Source of the DNA: Felis catus
Taxonomy: Eukaryota
Direction: 5' to 3'
Assembly: GCF_018350175.1 (NCBI RefSeq)
Contig: NC_058373.1
Coordinates: forward strand, 118,050,001-118,114,000
DNA length: 64,000 bases
Below, in pieces: positions 53,021-64,000 of this stretch. Numbering within the stretch: position 1 is the stretch's first letter; each line of letters opens with the position of its first letter. The notes beneath the pieces are model-generated. The model searched no databases, was not told the DNA's origin, and saw only the letters and a program-made list of their open reading frames with translations. The position numbers and the translations under genes are program-made.

Positions 53021-53260
53021 AAACATAAGTGGAGGCAGGACAGAGAGAGGGAGACACAGAATCAGAAGCAGGCTCCAGGCTCTGAGCTGTCAGCACAGAG
53101 CCTGATGTGGGGCTTGAACTCACGGAGCTGTGAGATCATGTCCTGAACCAAAGTCGGACGCTTAACCGACTGCGCCACCCAGGCGCCCCTGTTTCATGTA
53201 TTTTTAAGGAAACATGTATAAAGATGGTAATTGCAAAACTGTTTAAATGTGTATAAAATA

Positions 53261-53481
53261 GGGGCGCCTGGGTGGCGCAGTCGGTTAAGCGTCCGACTTC
53301 AGCCAGGTCACGATCTCGCGGTCCATGATTTCGAGCCCCGCGTCAGGCTCTGGGCTGATAGCTCGGAGCCTAGAGCCTGTTTCCGATTCTGTGTCTCCCT
53401 CTCTCTCTCTGCCCCTCCCCCGTTCATGCTCTGTCTCTCTCTGTCCCAAAAATAAATAAAAAACGTTGAAAAAAAAATTTT
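53261..53481 (+). mobile_element. Young felid CanSINE
   Basis: Diagnostic young head; TSD aatgtgtataaaatag. Confidence 0.92.
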
Positions 53482-55244
53482 AATGTGTATAAAATAGAAA
53501 CAAATACCCATCAATAAGGGAATTATTAAATAAATTATATAGTGGATGATGGTTGTCTTCTCAGTAACTATTTCCCTCTTCCTCTTTTCTAACAGAATTC
53601 TAATTTTGTTTAAATGTCTACTTTTCCCCAGTGTAGACCTTGGGTTTCAGAGAAAGGTGACTGGACTCTTAGCTCAAGGGGTAGGCCTGATTTTCCAATG
53701 ATTGTTTCAGGCAAGAGCAAGAAACTCAGTGTAGGATGCGATTCAATTCAGGTGCTTGGAGCTTCTGGAATGTTCTTCCTTGATCTTCTAGAAGAGCTTC
53801 TGAAATCTACTTGGTCTCTTTCCTGAATCAAAAAGCATGTGGGCTCAATATAGCCATTCTATGACCTTGAGGGGAGCTGTCCTTAGAATGAGGCCCACAT
53901 TGGGGAGCCTGGCTGGCTCAGTTGGAAGACCATGAAATTCTTGATCTTGGGATCATGGGTTTGAGCCCCACATGGGATGTAAGATTACTAAAAAAATAAT
54001 AAATAAAAATGAAAGCTTAAAAAAAAAAAACACAAAGAAGAAGGCCCACATTGTAGAGAGTAGAGCAGAGAGAAAAAAGGAAGGCAGAAAGAACCTTGTT
54101 CTTGATAAAATTACTGAGCCTCTGGATCACTCAACCCTGAAGGGAAGCCTATCTAGTCTTTCTGTTGGATGAGCCAAAACATTTCCTTACTGTTTAAGCC
54201 AGTTTGAGTTGAATGATCTGTTATTTGCTTCTGAAAATTCTAGTCCATACACTGTGACACAACCATGTTATGGAATACAATGTAGCAATTTAAAAAATGT
54301 TTATTTATTTATTTATTTTGAGAGAGAAAGAGAGTGAGAGTGAGAGTGAGAGTGCAGGAGCAGGGGAGGGGAAGAGAGGGAGAGAGAGTGAATCCTAAGC
54401 AGGCTCTGCACTGACAGCCTGGCTCAGGGCTCAATCCCAGGAACAGAAGCTGAAGTCAAGAATCAGAGACGTAACTGAGCCACTCAGGCACCCCCAATGT
54501 AGCAATTTTAAAAATATTCAGGGCCACCTGCCTGGCTTGGTTGGAAGAGCACGTGACTCTTGATCTTAGGGTCCTAAGTTCAAGCCACATGTTACGTATA
54601 GAGATTCCTGAAAAACATAAATAAACTTTTTTTTAAGTTTATTAATTAAAAAGATTTAAAAAAAACAATTGAGCCACCAAGGCACCCCTAAGTTTATTAA
54701 TTTTTGAGAGAGAGAGAGAGAGAGCAAGCACAAGCAGGGGAGGGTCAGAGAGAGAAAGGGAGAGAATCCCAAGCAGGCTCCACACTGCCAGCATGGAGCC
54801 TGACTCAGGACCCAAACCCATGAACTGTGAAATCATGACCTGAGTCAAAATCAAGAGTCTGATGCTTAACCAACTGAGCCATCCAGGCACCCCAAACTTT
54901 TTTTTTAAAGTAGGCTCAATGCCCAACATGCGGCTTCAACTCATGATTCCGAGATCAAAAGTCGCATACTCCACTGACGGAGCCAGCCAGGCACACCTGA
55001 GAAAAATAAATAAACTTAAAAAAAATGAGGTAGGGGCACCTGGGTCGCCCCAATTTTGGCTCAGGTCATGATCTCACAGTTCATGGGCTCGGCCCAAGTC
55101 AGGCTCCGCGTTGACAGCTCAGAGCCTAGAGTCTGCTTCATATTCTGTGTCTCCCTCTCTTTCTCTGCCTCTCCTCCAATTGCTCTCTCTCTCTCTCTCT
55201 CTCTCAAAAATAAAAATAAAAACATTAAAACATCTACCTAATTT

Positions 55245-55475
55245 TATTTTTTTTTTAAATTTTTTTTTTCAACGTTTTTTATTTATTTTTGGGACAGAGA
55301 GAGACAGAGCATGAACGGGGGAGGGGCAGAGAGAGAGGGAGACACAGAATCGGAAACGGGCTCCAGGCTCCGAGCCATCAGCCCAGAGCCTGACGCGGGG
55401 CTCGAACTCACGGACCGCGAGATCGTGACCTGGCTGAAGTCGGACGCTTAACCGACTGCGCCACCCAGGCGCCCC
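55245..55475 (-). mobile_element. Young felid CanSINE
   Basis: Near-consensus, CpG-intact copy; TSD catctacctaatttt. Confidence 0.92.
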
Positions 55476-55528
55476 ATCATCTACCTAATTTTAAAGACTG
55501 AACTCCTCATTTTTTTTAATGTTTATTT

Positions 55529-55584
<56 letters not shown>

Positions 55585-57215
55585 CAGTGGAGAAGGGGCA
55601 GAGAGAAGAGGACAGAGAATCTGGAGCAGGTTCCAAGCTGACAGCAGTCTGTCAGTATGCCTGATGTGGGGCTCAAACTCATAAACTGAGATCATGACCT
55701 GAGCCGAAGTTGGATGCTCAACCGACTAAGCAATCCAGGCACCCCAAAATTAGGTATATTTCTACATACTGATTTAACATACCAAAAAAATCCTAGCCCT
55801 ACTGAGTAAAAATTGAATAACTCTATGATTCCATTTATGTAAAATTCTAAAAAGCAAAATAAAATATGTTTCTCTAAGTATATATAGACATGATTGCATA
55901 ATTTATTTTTAATTTAAAATTATGTAATATTTACTGTATTGATGTAATGCATATGTAAATTATGAAGCATAATAAAATGAAAACCAGTGAACCCACTACT
56001 GAGTTTATGAACCAGAACATTACCAAAACTATCGAGGCTACATATATGTTCTTTTTTCTCATCACCTTTCTTCCCTCCAGAAGGGAAATAATAACTCTAG
56101 GGGGTAACCACTACCCTGAAATACCCTTTGGTTTAAAAAAAAAAATCTACTGTTGTTTCTTTCAACAGTAGATTATTACATAGGCCAGTTTTTAATCTTC
56201 ATTGATAATGGTATCATACAATATAGACTTCTGACTTGTCTCTTTTTCATTCAATATCTCATGTATGTAACTGTAGTTTATTCATTCTATTTTTGTATAA
56301 TGCTCATCATGTGACTTATTGAGAATATGTTTATTCTCTTGTTAGACATTCGAGTAATTTCGAGTATTTTTTTTCTTTTATTAACAGTGGTGTTATAAAC
56401 ATTCTTGAATATGTGTCCTGGTGCATGTACGCAAAGTTTTTTTAAAATTTTTTTTATTTTTATTTTTTTTATTTTTGAGACAGGGAGAGACAGAGCACGA
56501 ACAGGGGAGGGTCAGAGAGAGGGAGACCCAGAATCTGAAACAGTGTCCAGGCTCTGAGCTGTCAGCACAGAGCCCAACGCGGGGCTCGAACTCACGGACC
56601 GCGAGATGATGACCTGAGCCGAAGTCGGCCGCTTAACCGACTGAGCCACCCAGGCGCCCCGCAAAGGTTTTTTTATACAACAGTAAGAGTGGACTGCTGG
56701 GTCATAGGGAAGACACATGGTTTATTTTTTTAGGTTATGCCAAGATAGTTGTACCAATATACACTTCTACCAGAAATGCCTAAGTATTCCTGTTATTCTA
56801 CATCCTTGTATTCTCAGACTTTTTACATTTTACAAAGGAAAGGGCTTTAAAATGATTATCTCACTATGGTATTAGCATTTCTGTGATTACTAATAAAGGG
56901 GAGAATTTGCTATATTTTATTCAACATTTGTCCTCCCTTTATAGCACCAGTCAAAATGTAGCTCAGGCTTATACTTCCTCCTGGAAGCCTTTCCTGACTT
57001 CTGATCTTTTGGCTAGAGGAAGTGCTACTACCAATACTTTGCATGTTTCCATCATAACATTTTAACAAGCCATCCATTTTTCAAGGATACGTGATCATCT
57101 CTCCTTTATAGCCCAAAGCATAGTCCATGGAAAATTGCCTTTTGTGGGGCACCTGGGTGGCTCAGTCAGTTAAGCTTATCTAGTTTGAGAGCCAGCACAC
57201 GTGGGGCTGCCCCTC

Positions 57216-57267
<52 letters not shown>

Positions 57268-59147
57268 TGGAGACACAGAATCCAAAGCAGGCTCCCGGCT
57301 CTGAGCTGTCAGCACAGAGCCTGATGCAGGGCACCACCCCCACAAACTGTGAGATTATGACTTAAACTGAAGTCAGACATGTAACCGAGACACCCACGGC
57401 ATCCCCATTTTGCTACATTTTAAAGATATGCTGTGATTTAAAAAAAAAAAAACCACTAATATTTTGAATATTATGTGTCTAGCTTGCCCATTTACAGGTG
57501 AATAAACACGTGCTCCCTTCCTTGAAAGAACTCGGTGTCTAATATACGAGAAACGGACTATCATACAGTGGGATATGTCCTGAACGATGACGCAGGGACT
57601 GAAGCTACATGGCTGGGCTTTTGGGAGATTAGATAGTCAGCAGGATATTGCTTTAAATCCAGCAGTTCTGATGACAGCTCAGGTGCTTGACAAGAATTCC
57701 AAAAATTTCCTCCTCTCAATCTAGGGCACAAAGGTGCCTATTCTAGTGACTTTCTGTTTTTCATATGATTCACCTATGTTATCACCTATAACTAACTACA
57801 TTTCCCTTTTGCTGTCAGTTAATTGACTCCTCTGCATCTCTGGTTTAAATTCTTGGGAGGATATGTGTGGGCCAACTAAACAATGTTTCTCTCAAAAGTC
57901 ACAGGCTAGGTTGCTGACCAGCTGTGGCCATAGGGATAGGGTCAGAATGCACATAATGTGGTCATCAATATCCGAGTTAATTATCTCCAGTCATTTTCCT
58001 CAGCGAGGGCCTATGAGGAAAAACTCCTCAGAAGGGGGAGGCCTGTTATTGCAGGTGAATGGCCTGACCTATTCTCTACCAGGGACATACAAGTGAATTG
58101 TTTAGGGCGCTTTCTGTTGAGGGGATAGAAAACTCCATTCGAACTGATTTCGGAAAAGGAATCTATTGGCTTCCACACTGAGAAGCCTAGAAGCATCATG
58201 GTTTCAAGAATGGCTGAATCTATGTTCTCAAATGATATTGTCAAAAATCTCGCACCTTCTCTTAACTCCGCTTCCTTCTGTGATTGTTTCATTCTTATCC
58301 CCACTAGTTCTAAGGTGAAATCCTCGAAGATTTAAGTTAAGTAAAAAAGACAGAGTCCCCTCCCCCAGCCCCTTTTAGCATTATTCCTGCTAGATGAAGC
58401 AGCATAATGTGATGGTTGAGACCGTGGACTCAGGAACCAGATCAGCTCCATCACTTAACTGGTATTGTTTTGTGTTGGAAGTAGGCTTCGTGCCAAGAAC
58501 AGAGACCAACTCAGGGCTTAAACTCATGACCCTGAGATCAAGACCTGAGATGAGATAAAGAGTCAGATGCTTCAGCAACTAAGCCACCCAGGCACCTCCA
58601 TCACTTACTGTTCTTAGAACTTTGGACAACTTATCTTACCTCTCCAAGCCTTGGTTTCTTCACCTGTACCACAATGGTTCCTACGTCAGTGGGTGGCTGT
58701 GAAGTTTAAAGTTGTTGATACTTGCAAGGTGCTTAAAATAGTGCCCGGTACAACAGAAATACTCAATTACCAGGCTCTGATTGGGTTGCAACTTTATCCC
58801 TGTGCTCTAAGGTTGGGACGTTACATCCAAACTACAAAGATCTAGAGTAGTGGAAGGATGGTTTCTTTTAAGAAATTTGGAGTGCCATTACCAAAGGCAG
58901 GGGAACGGCTGCCAGGTCAATATAAGCAACAAATGTCTGCTACAAAAAAGTTGGCAAACTTGGTGGAGACAACTCTCTAAGGTTTGATTTTATTATAAAG
59001 TAATACAGGAATTTGTATAAAATGGTTCTAGCAAAACAAAGGGATATAGAATAACCTGAAAGGATTTCTGTTCATGCCTGTAGTTGTAAAAAAAAAAAAG
59101 CACAATTCATTTTTTTTAAGTTTATTTATTGTGTGTGTGTGTGTGTG

Positions 59148-59185
<38 letters not shown>

Positions 59186-60430
59186 AGAAAATCCCAAGCA
59201 GGCTCTGTGCTGTCAGCACAGAGACCGACCAGGGGCTCAAGCTCATGAACCCAGAGATCATGACCTGAGCCGAAATCAGGAATTGGATGCCCAACTGACT
59301 GAGCCACCCAGATGCCCCAACAATTCGCTTTTATTTGAGAAATGTAACTAGCGTTTGACTAGCATGTCACTGAAAAAAGCACTTTCACATGCATTAGTTA
59401 ATTTAATCCTTGCAACAGCTCTGGGGAATAGATATTTTAAAAAAGTTTTTTAGTGTTTATTTTTATTTTAAAAAATTTTTAACGTTTATTTATTTTTGAG
59501 AGAGAAAGCGCCAAGTGGTAGAGGGCCAGAAAGAGAGAGACAAAGGATCTGAAGCAGGCTCTGTGCAGCGAGCGCAGACCCTGACGCAGGGCTCGAACTC
59601 ATGAACTGTGAGATCATGACCTGAGCCGAAATCAAAAGTTGGCCACTTAACCAACTGAGCCTCCCAGGCACCCCAGTATTTATTTTTGAGAGAGGGAGAG
59701 AGACCAAGGGCACAAACACAAGGTGGGCAGATGGGAGGAGCAGAAAGAGGAGGAGAGGGGCAGAGAGAGAGGGAGAATAAGAATCCCAAGCAGGCTCCCT
59801 GCTGGCCATGCAGAGCCAGACTTAGGCCTTGATGTCATGAACTGTGTGATCATAACCTAAGCTGAAATCAAGTCAGAGGCCTAACCCAGTGAGCTACCCA
59901 GGCACCCCTGGGGAATAGATATTATTAGCCCTACTAACATTAAGAAAATCTAATGAGTGTAAATACAGATGGATGTAAATTTTACAAATGGTAGTAATGT
60001 TATATAGCCTTTCCCGTTAGTGTTCCCATTGCATTTTAGGTTCTGTTGGTACTCATGTACTGTTGGTACTCATGTTGGTACCTTTTTCTTTTTAATGTAT
60101 AATCCTTTCTTTCATTCAACAAATATTTATTGAGCACTTGCTATATGCCAAACCTTGTCTTAGGCACTGGGCACTGGGACACAGCAGTGAACAAAACAAT
60201 CCCTGTACTCCTTAAGTTTACATTATGATGGGGTAGGGGAAGACAAACCAGAAAATAAATAAGAAAAATATAAAGTTAGTAAGTGGTGATAAACGCTGTA
60301 GAGTAAAATCCAATAGGAAAAGCAGATAAAGAAAGGGAGTGTGTTTCAGTTTTACACACAGTGGTCAGTCTATCATCTGACGTTGTTTGTGGCTCTTCCC
60401 AAACAAGGATAAAATCTTACTTGCATTTAC

Positions 60431-60504
60431 CTTCCAACACTCAGGGAGCCAACAACTTTATGTCCAATAAATGATAAGCCTGAGAAGAGTTGGGAAACAA
60501 AGGC
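60431..60504 (-). pseudogene. Candidate pseudo-exon A (74 nt, phase 0 to 2)
   Basis: tctttttacag|GCC...GGAAG|gtaaat; open frame AFVSQLFSGLSFIGHKVVGSLSVG. Confidence 0.5.
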
Positions 60505-60719
60505 CTGTAAAAAGATATTGACCGTAAAGGGCATAAATTGACGAATCATTTATGACTAGTTTCACTTAGTTGCATTAATTTAGTTTCATTTCCATTAATA
60601 AGTGAATTTCTTTTCAGCACCTTTGCATTACAGAATGAAAGTTGTGTTAAAAGTTTTTACAGGCTATTTTAGGTATTTCAAGTATCTTTAGCCCCCTCTT
60701 TGGCTCTACTAGTGAGCAC

Positions 60720-61900
60720 AAGGGGTGTGCGCGTGCACTTAAAAAAAAAAAAAAACAACACACCACGCCCTCTGGCAGTTATTTCTTGGTATCAAGAATA
60801 GCTGTTTTCCAGGGGAAAGTTAGCATTTGGGAGTGCGCACTAACGTGCTAGGTGAAGCCCCGTTAGCAGTCCATCCCACCTCAACGAGCCACAAAACAAG
60901 CCTGTACGCCCGGAAACACAAACTACAAACAGTGAGAATCTAACAACCCCAGCGCCCCGCGCAGCGGAACCTTGACCTCAAGATGGCGTCTCGTAGTCAT
61001 AAGATTCAATCAGCTCCAATCAAAAATGGCAGGGTGGGTCGTAATTTACAGTTCGAGCCTTTCTAGTCCCCACCAGGCTCTCCTTCTCTATGGTTATTGG
61101 CCGCTGCGTGGTGATTCAGAGCCAAAGGGAAGACTATCTATACACGTTCTTCTCTATGATTCTCCCCTTCAGTCGGCCTGGCCGCAGTGCATGCCGGGCA
61201 AGAGGAAGACCTCCAGAAGCTCCCCGCGCAGCGCGGCTGTGTTTGCGGCCTGTGCGAGTAGGCGCTTCGGAACCAGTCTCCCGGCGAGCGGTGCGCAGAA
61301 ACCTCGAACCGGTGGAGCCCACTCGTAACCTGGAGCCCGGAAGGCCGCGAAGACCGTACTGTTTTCTCAGCGGCGGGTGAGTCCACGCCTCTGAACGCGT
61401 GTGGGAACCGGGAGACCCGGGAGACCGGGAGTAGGGGAAACCAGGGAGGGTGCGAAAGGGCCGGGTTGGGATTGGGGGTGAAGAGGGGTTGGGGTGGGGG
61501 AGGGGGCTGGCACGAGGCTTGGGTTTCTTCACTTCTCTAAGGCCTCGAAAACCAGTGGGCCCAGCAGGAACCCGTGGAGGCCGGGACCTACTGCCAGAGC
61601 TTTCCTCCTTGCATTGTCGCCCACTTTCTCTTTCCCTCCCACGGCCCGTCACTGAGTGGATCGCCTGGGCCTTTTCTGGGCTCCACGTTTGCCACAAAAC
61701 GATCGGTCTGCCCCTGGGGAGCCCTTCCCTGAGGCCCCTTTCTAACCCGAGCCTGGGGAACCTTACTGTAGATTTTCCGGGCCTGGGACACTCTTGCCCC
61801 AGGCTTTGCCCACAAGCCAGAGAGCAGCCACCCGTTTTAGCGAGGTGCCGGCCACCAACGGATTTCTTTCCCTTCCTCTTTGGTCATCCAGAGCCCTCCA
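60720..61900. promoter_or_regulatory. CpG island / RBM25 promoter with YY1, CCAAT and ETS-like motifs
   Basis: CpG-rich. AAGATGGCG at 60980-60988 and AAAATGGC at ~61023 (YY1 consensus); CCAAT at 61016; ATTGG at ~61096; CCGGAA at ~60909. Confidence 0.85.
61186..61376 (+). other. RBM25: RBM25 non-coding exon 1 (start approximate)
   Basis: Canonical donor GCGG|GTGAGT at 61376/61377 within the CpG island. Resembles my recollection of the human RBM25 5' UTR, and ZFYVE1-RBM25 divergent synteny is established in mammals. No coding sequence in the window confirms it. Confidence 0.75.
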
Positions 61901-63644
61901 CCGAGTGCACTCCCCCACACCCACTCCGGATTCAGCTAATGCCCACCTTTTTTGGCACCCTCTTGGTTTGCTTGTCTAAGATTGTGATGAGTATTGTGGT
62001 CCTGCCCCCTTCCTCCTTTGGAGGTTGCAGTAAACTATATCCCCATTCATTCTAGGCGATGACCAAGCTCCACATTAAAATGTGTTACTTCTTTCTTACT
62101 CTTCTTTGGTCTTCAGTACTTTTTAAATACGTTTTTCGAAGTAGATCTAGGAGTACGAAGATTATTTTGAAGTTATGTAATGTGGATATTTATATTGCCA
62201 TGGAAAAGCCATTTTGATCCTGGGCAGAGAGGAGCAGACTAAAGGAGGGAAGAGATTGGACTTCTCTTGTACCAGACTGCTCTAGTATGAAGTACTGTGA
62301 ATTAGGTAGTTGGCAGTGGAGTATAAACAATTTTTATATGGTCTTGGGAACTTTGATTTTTAAAAGCTTTCCAAAAACATTCAGGGGCCTTGAAAGGCAT
62401 TCAGTTGGTCCTCATGATTCAAGCAGATACTATACTATTCTAATTAATCTAACTTTTCTTGAAGCTTTGGTTTTTCTTCATCTGTAAATTGAGGATTATA
62501 AAAGTATCCACTTCATAGGTTATTGTTATTAGGGATTAATTGAGAAAAAGTATGTAAAATCCTTAGTGCGATGTCTAAGTCACATAGTGTTTAGTTTGCA
62601 TTAACTGATACTGTTATTTAAGAGATTTCAGTGAAGTACAAGAGCCTGATCCTGACTCTTAACGTTTCGTCCAATGTACTCTGAATAGACTTTTCTAAAT
62701 AAAATCAAAGTTAACCCTTAAAAAGTTTCTTCTTGGTATGTTATTACTAGAAAGAGGCATTGTGATACAGTGAAAACAGCCTTTGGATTGGTAATTTCAG
62801 GATAGTGGGGACCTTGGAGTCCCCACTCACTTATTGTGTTTCCATGGACAAAATAGCTTCTTCATCTGTAAAAGGACAATGATATATCTACACCAGGTAA
62901 TTTGGGAGATTCAGTGAGATAATGTATGTTGAAGGCTTTTGTAAACAGAAGTAAATAAAATGTTAGTTAATACTTTTATTAAATAATAATTCTTCTTGGA
63001 GTTACCGGATTCCCATTTCTGGTCTCCAAAATATGGTTTTTCCTGTATGTATGTATGTATGTTTGAATGTTTGATTCCAAAACATTTCTAGTAAGAAAAT
63101 GTTTTCATTGTCCCAATGTTGCATGTAGGCACTATATGTTAATAATAGTTTGGGCCAAGGTGTTTTTTTTTGTTTTTTTTTTTGTTTGTTTGTTTGTTTT
63201 TTGTGGTTTGGTATCTTTTTATTTTACTGTGTTAAGGCTTTAAATCTGTTATTAAAGTAAAATGAGTTCATTTTAATATTGGTAATTACTTCAGACCCGA
63301 TATTAGTTTGGGATTTTCAAGTAACTTCTTGGGTCACTGATTAGCTATATAGTTTTTTCATTTATATACGATTTAAAGAAAAATTGTATTGACTATTTTG
63401 TAACTTTGGAAGCAGAAGTAGTCATCAAATCTTTTAACGTCTTACAAAAACATTCTGTGTATTTTGTTTAACCTCTTGATAGTCTTTTCTGACAACTACC
63501 ACTGCCATTCCTAAGAGGATTTCGATTGATTATCCCTTAAAGTTTTTGAATAGCTTTTCTCTTGCTGTTTAAAAAAATTTTGAAACTTCAGAAACTAAAA
63601 AGAACATAACATTTACACCACCAGAATTACTGATACTGCTTTTT

Positions 63645-63990
63645 AGAACTTAATCAGCACAATTTCAAACTTCAAAAAAGTTGCAAGAATAGTAGAAAGA
63701 ATTCTTAAATAGCTTTTCACCCAGATTCCCCAAATGATAACATTTCACAAATTTACTTTATCCTCTCCTCTTTTTCTTCATAGTTTTCTTCTGAAATGTT
63801 TTGCTAGTAAGCCACAGATGAGGTGTCCTTAGCCCTTAAATACGTAAGTGTATATTTCTTAGAATAAGGGTATTTTCATATTTAATAGCAGTACAGTGAA
63901 CAAAATCAGGAAATTAATAGTGATTCAGTATTATCTAATTTACAGGTCTTAATTGGATTTAGCCTGAACTTGTTCTGAATTGATATTGCT
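63645..63990 (-). mobile_element. Old L1MC-like 3' end in RBM25 intron 1
   Basis: aatttcaaactt..aaaagttgcaagaatagta..ttcacccagattcccca motif. Confidence 0.6.
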
Positions 63991-64000
63991 TTTTTTTAAA

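Larger units (their letters stand above)
36770..60830 (-). pseudogene. Candidate multi-exon unitary pseudogene of an unidentified protein, head-to-head with RBM25
   Basis: Chain of AG/GT-bounded non-repeat segments with largely compatible phases giving a protein-like frame with stops (see findings). Confidence 0.5.

Noticed and set aside
224..59809. Dozens of 60-100 aa ORFs with GAWVAQSVK/PTSAQVMIS/SLEPASDSVSPSLS or ERERER motifs
   Set aside because: They are translations of CanSINE copies and their (CT)n tracts, not genes.
60972..62055. Overlapping 96-201 aa ORFs on both strands at the RBM25 CpG island
   Set aside because: GC-rich sequence is depleted of stops. The peptides are low-complexity, and the frames either cross the exon 1 donor, lie in intron 1 or overlap the promoter.

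Overview
Mammalian (almost certainly felid) genomic DNA, saturated with Feliformia-type CanSINEs plus older L1, L2, MIR, MLT1, MER21 and MER20 relics. The left ~36.5 kb holds the 5' part of ZFYVE1 (DFCP1) on the minus strand: a CpG-island promoter, a non-coding exon 1 and coding exons at 33958-34440, 11787-12291 and 7709-7923, with exact GT-AG boundaries and matching phases. The gene continues off the left edge. The right end holds a second CpG island with the non-coding first exon of RBM25 (+ strand, donor at 61377). The most interesting observation lies in the ~24 kb between these genes. The few non-repeat islands there line up as a chain of AG/GT-bounded, largely phase-compatible minus-strand exons (60431-60504, 44269-44368, 43387-43431, 41891-41989, 41682-41806, ~40941-41388, ~37520-38365, ~36770-37240). 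Spliced together, with inserted SINEs removed, they give a ~500-codon protein-like frame containing stops. This is a candidate decayed (unitary) pseudogene head-to-head with RBM25 that I could not assign to a family; its stop density is close to random, so it needs a homology search. Also noted: an exact 90-bp tandem duplication in ZFYVE1 intron 2, a palindromic ZNF143-type promoter core, 5' UTR uORFs, and very young, serially stacked and closely inverted SINEs. Repeat coordinates are approximate and repeat family names come from recalled consensus sequences.
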